A stretch of DNA of 64,000 bases from contig OZ316775.1 of the NCBI GenBank assembly GCA_973851085.1, positions 4,030,001-4,094,000 on the forward strand, given 5' to 3'. The notes under the pieces are model-generated. The model searched no databases. It saw only the letters and a program-made list of their open reading frames with translations, and was not told the DNA's origin. This document shows, in pieces, positions 13,729 to 23,525 of this stretch. This DNA is from Ptychomitrium polyphyllum (Eukaryota). The translations under genes were made by a program, and so were the position numbers. The first letter of the stretch is position 1, and each line of letters begins with the position of its first letter.

Positions 13729-15439
13729 GTATAAAGATTATATGCCAAGGAAGCCAAAGATTTTAACTCTCTTAGAAATGGTAATAGAGATATTTGCATG
13801 GTAGAAATACTTTGAGTAAGCAATAGCATATAATGGAAGATGAAAATAATGTACAAGGATTTAGGAATTAGGTATGGAAGGCAATTCATATGGATGACAA
13901 GACAGGATTTTTTTTGAGGCCTATACATATGCATTGCGGTAGAGCTCTATAATAGGATTACGGTGAGCATGTATGTAGTTGAAAGATGCCAAAAGATTCT
14001 CATTTAAGAGTAGAAATTCCGTTTTGTGTAGGTAAAGTTCTAATCAACTCAATCAAAGTGATTGGAGTACAACTTTACTTCTCAATTTTGGATGAGGCTT
14101 ATGGTCCATGAAGTTAAGAGTACTTGGCATGTTTAGCTATGAACATGATGTCATTCAATTCTAGGCTTTCTGGGTGTCGAAAGATTTGATTACTCGTGAG
14201 TCGAACACTCTTTGAAACTTGTTTTTTCTCCAGAATTTATTGTTTGACGGCAAGTGTCTGCTTCACCTTTAGATCGATACTCTCAATCTGAAGCAACTTT
14301 CGGCAGCGGATCAAAAAGAAAAAAGCGCCTAACATAAGCTCCTTGTCGTGGTTTACATGGATCGTTGCAAGGAAAGATCGGCTATGAAGCGTCGACGACG
14401 AGTTGATCTGCCAAGAACAGAGCTCTGCTGCAGTTCCATCTACAATATGCAATATTCACTAACCATTCGTCACAGAGCCATCGTGAAACCAGCTTTAAGC
14501 ACTAACTTGCGAAAAACTAACATGACGGATGGTCAGTAACATGACGAACATACCCAGTCCAAGAAAAGTATTCGGAAAGTGAGAAAGTCAAGGTTGTAGG
14601 TTTAGAAATAATGAACATTTCAATAACTGTAAAATCGTGAATCCCACTTTGTGATAATTCATGGTGTGTTACTCACTTGTAATCGAATATGTAAACTTCG
14701 GTGGAGACATTTCTGCGGTACGTTTCATCTTCATAACTCTTAAACCAGCTGTACGTTTGGGTAATCTTCAAATCTGTTGCATCAAACCCGAATCCCTGTG
14801 TATATCAAGCTTCTGAACTAGTTCCTACTCAAGGCAATAATACAACTTAACTGGAGACATGTCGCCTTATCATATTCTAATGTCATTCCTCATGAGGTTC
14901 TTATTACACAAAAAGCGAGATCTCAAATCGAGATAAACAGCCAAACTAGAAATACTTACCTAGGGCTCACGGCTACATTTCGTTACCCTGCGACCAGAGC
15001 ATGTCTCCTTAGCTTTCAAATAGCAATTGCATTCGTGTTGTGCCAAGACCATGTTTGTCCCAGCACTCAGCGAACAAAGCAGCAGAACACCGTTCTCATC
15101 AGATTGCACATTAATTTTACTCTCGCAGATTGATTGATTTTTGCTTTCAAATACTTACTCTCATCCACCACATGATACTTCATTTTCAACACAATCCTTT
15201 ACAGATCTCATTTTCTCTCAACTCCAACGTGCTGGAATCACAATTCCAGAAAACCTAATCACTCGAGCTTCATTTATGTGATTCAGAGCTTCTTCATCAC
15301 TTGATACAAGGTCCCTTCAGTCCAAAGGATCTCTTCGACACCTTAAGTGATGACCGCATACAGGTCGCTTCATCGGTGTCTCTTTCAAATTGCACATGTT
15401 TAACCTAATCTCGATGCTTTCCTTGCAAGCGCGTCGTGA

Positions 15440-17640
15440 TTAAGAGCCTATCAAGTACCGTGGACGCGGTGGTAACGTCAAGTACGGGATCTGAGGTCCG
15501 CGGGCGGTCGGAGGACCACTCCGAGGAGTCAAGGAAGAACGCTTCTCTGACCTAGCACTCGGCGCAGGAACAATTTTGTAAGACGAGAGAGCTGAATCCG
15601 GCACGAAATAAGGGTTCGTCTCTGACATTTCAATCGTAACTTCAGCAAGCTCCTCGTGGTTTTCTTGCTGCTTCCCTGAGAAGAGAAAGCAAATCCTTCG
15701 CATGAATTTTCTAAATGATGAGCCATGGCTTTTCTTCATTTCGGGAGCCTCTACGACATCAGTCGGCGCTTCTGGACCTTCATACAAAGATTGCCTAGAC
15801 CGCGCCACTGCTGCAATCATAAGCTCGATGTTGGTTTTCATTTTCCCATTCTCGTTCTCTCTCTGAACCAAATCCATTTCAAGATCTACTGTGTTGGATC
15901 CCCCATGCTCCGCTGCCGCTAGGTCTTCGTAGCGCTGTTGCAATGCCTTCTCGGTAATGGCATATTGCTCCTGCAGTTGAGTAATCACTCCCTCGTAATA
16001 CGAAGTGCTCAATTGTAGAAACTTCCCACCTTTCTCTGCAATCAGCCCACGGCATAAAGCCTCTCTGCAACGACATATCTCGGCGAATTCCCTAGGATTT
16101 GCGGTTCCTTTCCATCTGGAAAACCAACAATAATCAGAAATACAAAAGCAAAAAATTCTTCTACTAATCGTCGTGTTCATAAAATCTATCCGCATTCAGA
16201 AAGCTCACTTGTAATCAACAGTGAGAGCCTCCTTGGCCATGATGTTGCGCGTCGTCCGTCCAACGGCATATAATTTTCCGTTTGCCCAGCTGCATAGCAA
16301 TCAGTTGCAAACCATGAACTATCCTCTTGAAAGAGAAAGTTGCAAACCATGAACTATCCTCTTGAAAGAGAAAGTTGCAAACCATGAACTATCCTCTTGA
16401 AAATACCAGAGTATTGGCGTTACCATGAAAAGCTTATCCAAAATCAAGATAGAATACATTCGAAATGTACTCACCAAGCTTCAACGACAACATTGGGTTC
16501 GCAGCTATGGTTAACAGCGCCCGTCATGTCCTCAAACGGATCGACGGCGTACTTGTCCAAATCAGGGTTTCCGGGAAGGCCCAGAGCGGAACCTGGCCAT
16601 GAAAGAGAGAATGCATAGTGCCGCACGGTTCTATGGATAAGCTTTTCATGGTAACGCCAATACTCTGGTATCGTCATAATCTTCCCACATACCACGAAGG
16701 CGATCCTGTACCGTGGTAGGTCGGACTTCGTGTAAAGCTCCTCCCCGAGCGCTCCGTTGCGGATGCTCAATCGGGGTGTGTGGAAGAAGCTGTTGCAGCA
16801 GAATCCATGACACTCGCACTCGACCCCGCAGCTCTTCCATTTCGTCAAGCAGGAGCAGTTCGCGGTGCATGTTCTGCTCCCCCTCAACCTACACTCGCAG
16901 GCAACTCTCGCAAGCGGTGCACTGACATCGAGCTTTGCATGGAGCAGCTTTCGATCCCCTTTGAGGCGCGTGTCGACGGCCAACGTGGCAGTTCTGGCTC
17001 TTCCCAGCTGCGCTCCTTTGGAGTCATTGCGAATCTCAGTCCTTGTATCGGTGGATGAGCTCCATTGTGGAGTCCACGTGCGCTCTAGTCTAGCAGACAA
17101 TCTTTGCGTCTGAGCTGTGTGGCAATCGTGCTGGTTCATCCAATCTTCACCGAATGCCTTCATGGCTCCCTCGCTACGAGAATTTCACACTTGCAAGTTC
17201 TTGCACGTTGAATTACATTGCAATAACAATGATGTCCATCTCTATGAACTCACTTGACCGACCACTTAGCTGCTCCTTGATTGTTGCACAGTCGAATTTG
17301 TTTTGCCTTTTCATGTTATGCCTCTTCACAACAGTGCTACATCCACTTCCACCCTTTCGTACTGAGAGCTTTTCCTTCATACTCTATGCACCCCTTCAAC
17401 AATTCCAGAAATTGTTGGGTGAACTGTCTATACCACATCCGCGTGATGCTCGAAAAAATTGCACCGAAGAACAGGTACTTACTGTATTGCTCTGTTCGAC
17501 ATTCAATGCAAGCTCCAAGTGCAGCTGAAGCCTTGCTTATCGCCTCCTGAATTTGTGTGCCGTCCTTCGAACCTCGTTCAGAACATTTCGTGGCAAAATC
17601 GTTAGATCGTCCCTAGTGTACATCGTCTATGAGAACGTTG
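15440..17640 (-). CDS. Divergent SET-domain protein (Cys-rich AWS/pre-SET, SET, post-SET, coiled-coil tail); ASH1/SETD2-like architecture
   Basis: Exon ~17175-16475 has CECRLRGSRTCTANCSCLTKWKSCGVECECHGFCCN and NHSCEPN. Intron 16474-16290 (GTGAGT..TGCAG). Exon 16289-16209 gives WANGKLYAVGRTTRNIMAKEALTVDY (ELxxDY motif). Intron 16208-16116. Exon 16115-15440 starts with post-SET CRCREALCRGLI, then a heptad-rich region. Splice phases are consistent. Upstream exons at ~17254-17384 and ~17482-17640 and the start codon are tentative. Confidence 0.85.
16303..16402. repeat. 35-bp tandem repeat (~2.9 copies) in a SET-gene intron
   Basis: AGTTGCAAACCATGAACTATCCTCTTGAAAGAGAA starts at 16303, 16338 and 16373. 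Confidence 0.95.
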
Positions 17641-18368
17641 TCAATGCAAATTCAGATTAAATCCTTCACCACTGGTTACATGTACAAGTACGAGTCCAAG
17701 ACTCCTGTCAGACGATTAGTAATAGACTCAGGTACTGGTCATCTGATTATTTCATTCCCACATATTCTGTTTCAGAAATCATGTTCACACTCTTCAATTG
17801 TGCTCCTGCAATATTCTTATTCAAACAGAAAATATTGGGACTTTAGGACAACTGATCGAAAGACACAATCAGAAGCTACAAAACTTCGCAATATTACACA
17901 ACCCCAAAGTGAGACAATCCACTTTCTGAGATGACTCGCGTCAACATCGACAAAAGGCAACAATAACTCCATGATCAAGCTTCTCATGACCGAGATTCAT
18001 TACTAAAAGGCTGTTATACAATCATTGAACGATGTAACTAACCTACATTCCAGCTAACTACAGAACATGCTCAGGCTGAAAAAAGATGTGCTACAACTCA
18101 AGACTTATTTGGAATTGGATGACATCAAAGAAGTGCAGTTTTCAATTACTCCTCGCTAATACAACGCTTTTGTATCCGTGTGGCAACTTCTTGGTCTTCG
18201 TCTTTACTTTTCTCTGACTTTTTGTATAAACCTTGTTCTCTCAGCTTCTTGATCTTCTCTTACTACACCATATAAATTTAAGGTTAGACGCCACAACGTA
18301 TGCTTGACTAAATATATCAACACCTAGTAATAGACGATTATCAAATACTTATTACCAAATATATTGTT

Positions 18369-18982
18369 CTATCACCACCTTCATAAGGAGGGTAGTCCAT
18401 GTCTTTTTAAAGATTAATCTTTTTTCAAAATAATTAGTATTTGGTTGTAGTAGGAGAAATCAATTTATGGTATAAGTTTATAGGAAGGTAAGCCGCAACC
18501 TCTAAAATGCTATGGAATCCTAAAAAAATGGATAATCCACTATCTTCTTCAAAGAAACCTTAGCTCTGACAAAGATAAAGAGTAGTCTTGCCAAACTGCT
18601 AGGCATTGAAGAAACAAGAAGCAAACACAAAGTGGTTTCCAAAAATTAGCTTCCAAAAGACTAAATCATTAATAAGAATTCATACAAACACTAGAACAAG
18701 GGCACGATATATTGTATGATATACAACTTGTATTGGCAAGACTAAAGTATACCTTATCTTGCGTCCTATTTATACTATGACACTTGTATTTCCTAGTAAC
18801 TTCTAAAGACGCTTCTTGTGAAGCTTAAGAATGTTGTAGAAATCTATGGAACCTTTTTAAGAAGTTTTTTAAGGATTGGAATGGCTATAGAAGTATTGAA
18901 AGTATTTTAAGAAGCCACTACAATGGACTAGAAGGTCCTAGAAGGTTCTAAAGACTTTGTTGCATGTCATCTGTTTGTAATA
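18369..18982 (-). mobile_element. Inverted gypsy LTR plus ~230 bp of 5' internal sequence, same family as the element at 9340
   Basis: 18369-18953 is the reverse complement of 9369-9954 and includes the LTR end, primer site and TATA box. Confidence 0.95.
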
Positions 18983-19008
18983 AGCATATGCAATGGAGAT
19001 GCCACCAT

Positions 19009-20795
19009 TGTCACTAATATACATATTTGAAGCATTTAGAAAAGGTCTTAGAAGATTTAAAAAGCTTCCTAGGAAGTTTCCTTGGCTTAAAAAGCTTCCA
19101 AGGAATCAATTCAAGGTTACTTGAATACAAAAACAATGTAGTAGAAGCTTTCCAAGAAGCTTCCAAAGCTTGGAATTCTAGTTTATATAGAAGTTGAGGC
19201 TAAAGGAATCTTCAAAATCGACAATGCATGTCTTGTGGTCTAGCTCAAACATTTTGGCCTTGTCTTTTGTACCTTGTTGTAATTCTTTACCTCTAATATG
19301 CCTTAAATATATTTTGTTCTACATCTTGGAATTTCAAAGCCTTGTCTTGTAGTTATTTTGTCCGGAACAATTTGTTGAGACTGTCATATAACAATATCAA
19401 AGCTTGGTCTTTCTTGATAAAGAACGGATCACCCTCCTTTCTCGAAAGCTATATAGCACTTTAGCGGTTGCGGATTACACTCTTTGGACTGATATTTTCT
19501 TCTTGAATTTTCTTTATTTTCTTGCGTATTTAGTAGTTTATATCTGTTTCCATTTCAATTTTATGCCAGGAGGTGAAGAAGTCAATATGATTGATTCAAA
19601 AAAAACAAAATTAAATTCCATTATCAATGTCCTTGAAGCATTGAAGATCAAGATTGAGACTTTATTCAAGCACAACAAAGAAATGTATTTGACCATATAC
19701 AATGGTCAAGGAGCAGAAGTACTGCAGTTGCTATTTCAAGTCAATTTAGGTGCTTCATCATCTAGACCTGATTTGGTAGGTGATAGACAAGTTCAAGCTA
19801 GGAATTCAATATCAATAACCAAAGAACCAAGAATCAACCTTCCAAAGAAATTTGATGGTACACGTTCAAAATTTCGAGGCTATATAAAGCAAGTTCAATT
19901 TGTTACCTTGCTTCAACCTTGATGGTATTGTACGGACGCTTCGCACGTTAGTTTGCTAGGAACGTTGCTTTTAAGACAAGCATTGTCCTAGTTTGCACCA
20001 CATTTTGAGAAGAATTCTTCCATACTTAGCATCTTTGATGCATTCCTAGCTATGTTAGCATTTGGTGACCATGACAAGCTCCATTCTACAACTACAAAGA
20101 TTTGTGCCTTGTGCCAAAGACCACATTCTATGTCAACTTATGCATTGGAATTTTGACAACTTGCATGCGACATCAATTGGAGAGAAGACATGTTGATGAG
20201 TCAATTTCATTGGAGCGTACGTGATGAAGTTAAGGATTTATAACTATCCATGCCAAACTCTCAAATATTTGATGAAGCCATCAGCAAAGCTTTGAAGTGT
20301 TATAATCGTCTATTTCAAAGTCGACAATGTAAACAGATTTTGATTACGCCTTGGCCTCATATCAACATTTCAGTAGCTTTATCCATGTCTATCTTTAATA
20401 AGTATTTGGAAGTAGAAGCCATGCAAATTGATGCGGTTCGCTTCAAGCTCCTTATTGAATATGAAAAGAAGCAACATGGAGAGCAATGGTTGTATTTGTA
20501 TTGTGGAAAACATGGCCACAAGGTTGATAACTGTCCAGAGAAACCTCTATGTACATATTAGATGGGAGGTACAATCACAATGCCAAATATTTTGTAAGAA
20601 AATGAGGACGTCTAGCTACAGAAGGGATCGAGCAACTAAATCTGCTTTTTTTGCAAGAAAAAAAAAGTCTTGTTCTATCAGTCTATTCTTCCTCTTATTT
20701 TACTATACCTGTTTATTTAGGTGTTCAGAAGTTCAAAAGCCTTGCTCTAACAGATTCAAGACCCTTTGTTTGCTTTATTGACAAAGAATTTCCTC
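19009..20795 (+). mobile_element. Truncated Ty3/gypsy element of a related family (putative LTR, gag, start of protease)
   Basis: Putative LTR from TGTCAC at 19009 to ~19369. Gag KEPRINLPKKFDGTRSKFRGY (19404-19922), MQIDAVRFK and knuckle LYCGKHGHKVDNCP (20250-20561), protease remnant ALTDSRPFVCFIDKEF. Confidence 0.85.
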
Positions 20796-21818
20796 CAAAT
20801 TTTTATAATATCATCTTGAAGTGGTCAAAATACTACTTTCTAGATTTTATTACCAAATTTTAAATACAAAAAAAGCTATAAGCACCTAAAGCAGCTGTTC
20901 CATGAAATTCAAGGCAATTGACCCAACTTCACTCAAATTAGAGCCGTGGTCACATACTAACTTCCAATGGAGTGTATAATAATATCTTGGAGAACTAACA
21001 AATAAAAATTGAAAATCCAACAAAAATCAGTTCAAATTAAGAAGTGTCCTATCCGATATGGTCAAATGAAGGGTTGCTTTAAGTAACAAGTAGAAGAGGC
21101 CGAGAGAAAAGAAGAAGGTGGTGCTCAAACCACCACATTTATTTCTAATCTTTCCACATCAGCCCTTATCTCTCCACATAAGGCCCTTATCTCTTCATAT
21201 CATCATTAAAACCAACATTAAACTCATTAGTAATCTTTTCTTTTTCTTTTGTTTCTTTTGTATCCTTTTGGTTGAAATTTCTAATTTCAAACTATAAAGG
21301 AAGACCAAACCAATCCTCACAAATCTAAAGTAGGAAACTAAAACTAAAATAAAAATAAAAAAATAAAAAGAAGATTGAAGATCAATGAATATAAAGTCAC
21401 TATTGAGGCAGAATCAAACACCAAGCCACGAATTTGGTTGACTGGATATATTTCAGCTGCAGAACCGGTCCAACTTTGATTCTTGTTGGATTTGTTGACT
21501 AAGATGGCGGCACTTGGCTTGATAATGCTAGTGAGAACGGCAGGCTGAAAAATAACACAGTCAATCAATACATTCACTCAGAGCTAAGATAAGATGCAAT
21601 TCTACCTCCGAAACATTGAAAATCGTGGTTTTACCACAATCTTTTTCACCTAACTTTTCTTTTCATCCTAGTACACCTTTCCAAAATAGAATAAATCACA
21701 ATCTACAAAATAATATATATTAGCTAAGTTTTAAGCCATATAACTATTTACAGCACGATACTAAAAAATAGCAAGGATTGTTAGCTGCTTTGTTAAGGAA
21801 ATTATACCTTGCGCCAAA

Positions 21819-22370
21819 TGTCACGGATATAGATCATGCAACATAGTCCTTAGAACATTTTAGAACCTTCTAATATACTATAATAGCTTTTTAGAATACT
21901 TTTAAATGTCTCCATAGCCTTTCCATGTTCTTAAGAAGCTTCCTAGGAAAGTTCTTCCACTTTAGGAAACTTCTTAGGAAGGTTCTATCATCTTAGGTAA
22001 TTTCTTAAGAAACTTCCTAAAAAGGTTCTGCTACCTTAGGAAACTTCCTAAGAAGGTTCCAATTCCTTGGAAGCTTCTTGAGAAGGTTCCAACATCTTAG
22101 GAAACTTTTTGGAAAGGTTCCTTAAACTTCCAGAACACTCTTAAGCCTTGTAGGAAGCTTCTTTAGAAGTATCATAAGAGATACAAACGTCATAGTATAA
22201 ATAGGAGGCAAGACAAGGTATTCCTTAGTCTTGCCAACACAAGTTGTGGATCATCTTGAATCCTGCCTTGTTCTAGTCTTTGTATCAAGTTCTTGTTAAT
22301 CATTAGCTCCTTGGAAGCTAATTCTCGGGAAATACTTTGTTTCCGCTTCTTGATTCTTGTGTCCCTAACA
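21819..22370 (+). repeat. 5' LTR (552 bp)
   Basis: TGTCACGG...CCTAACA. TATAAATA at 22196-22203. Internal ~31-bp repeat units. Confidence 0.93.
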
Positions 22371-22372
22371 GT

Positions 22373-22384
22373 TTGGCAAGACTA
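22373..22384 (+). promoter_or_regulatory. Primer-binding site complementary to the element's own predicted transcript 5' end (self-priming type)
   Basis: TTGGCAAGACTA lies 2 nt after the LTR and is the exact reverse complement of TAGTCTTGCCAA at 22226-22237, 30 nt from the TATA start. The same arrangement occurs at 9728-9739/9578-9589. Confidence 0.8.
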
Positions 22385-23441
22385 CTCTTCATCTTTATTA
22401 GAGCTAAGGTTCTTTAAAAAAGATTATGGATTATTCATCTTTTTTAGGATTCCATAGCGTCTTAGAGGTTGCGGATTACCCTCTTCTAAGCTGGCACCAT
22501 AGAATTGGTTTCTCCTTCCAGAACAAAGTACTATTTTTTTCAAAGGACGTGGATTTTCCTCCTTGGAAGGTACTCATAGTTTTTTTGTCTTTGCAAATCT
22601 TAAGAAATGGATAACATGCCTGGAATATCAAAGAATAGGTTTGCAATTATTGCAGACTTTCAAGAGTTATTAAACATAGTTCAAACGGAACTTGCTCGTT
22701 TTAACACCACTAATAGTTTGGAGCAACACACTTGGCAAGCTGAAGAATTCAATGGTGATATTCAAAGCCTATATCAAAAAATTGTTTGATTGCGAGAAGG
22801 TAATATTGGAAGGAAAGGCTTACGTCGAACCCATGCACAGCCAAAGATTAGCATGCCAGACAAGTTCAATAGATCAAGATCAAAATTGAGAGGCTTTGTT
22901 CAACAAGTAAGGCTCGTCCTTAATTTGCATCAATCTCGCTATCCTGATGGCACAACTCAAGTGGAATTTGTGGCCACTCTTTTATCAAATAATGTACTAT
23001 TGTGGTTTGCACCACTAATGAAGAAGCAGTCACTATTGATTGGAATGATAAAACCTTGGTCACACGATTCCGATTAGGCTTAAAAAAATATATAAAAGAC
23101 TTGCTACTCACAATGCCAAGAGTTGAAACATTGGACGAATTCATCACTCAAGCAATAGCATGTGACAATAGACTGTTTGAGAGGCGCCAAGAAGAACACT
23201 TGGAATAGCAATTAATACATCAAAGTATGGCTACTACTTCTTCAAAAGTATTGGAAAGCCGACCACAAAGACCAAAACCTATGCAAATAGATGCTGCCCA
23301 GTTCAGACGTTTAACTCCAGAAGAAAAAGAAAGGCGTCGAAGAGAAAAGCTATGTTTGTATTGTGGCAAGTTTTGACATAAAGTACGCGATTGCCAAATT
23401 AAAGGATCTACCTTTAAGGCTCAAAGCACAATGGTAGAGTT

Positions 23442-23525
23442 GGAAAACAAGGCTGTCTAGTTATAATAGGGACCATGCAACTGGACACCACAAGGAAACA
23501 ACCATCAAATCAAGGTCTCTTATTA
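23442..23525 (+). promoter_or_regulatory. Putative -1 programmed ribosomal frameshift signal at the gag/pro junction
   Basis: G GAA AAC in gag frame (23442-23448). The -1 frame is open into the protease ORF (ATG 23475). Stem 23454-23462/23479-23487. Loop AGGGACC can pair with GGTCTCT at 23514-23520. Confidence 0.7.

Noticed and set aside
16303..16402. 35-bp repeats, and the palindromic 31-bp LTR units, as a CRISPR-like array
   Set aside because: Head-to-tail repeats without unique spacers, no cas genes, eukaryotic context.
16397..16618. 73-aa plus-strand ORF starting with the SET peptide IPEYWRYHEKLI
   Set aside because: A by-product of the 38-bp inverted duplication, not a second gene.
19180..19385. 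Self-priming complementarity in the third gypsy element
   Set aside because: Only a partial match (TCGACAA vs TTGTTGA) and the LTR end is uncertain; too decayed to claim.
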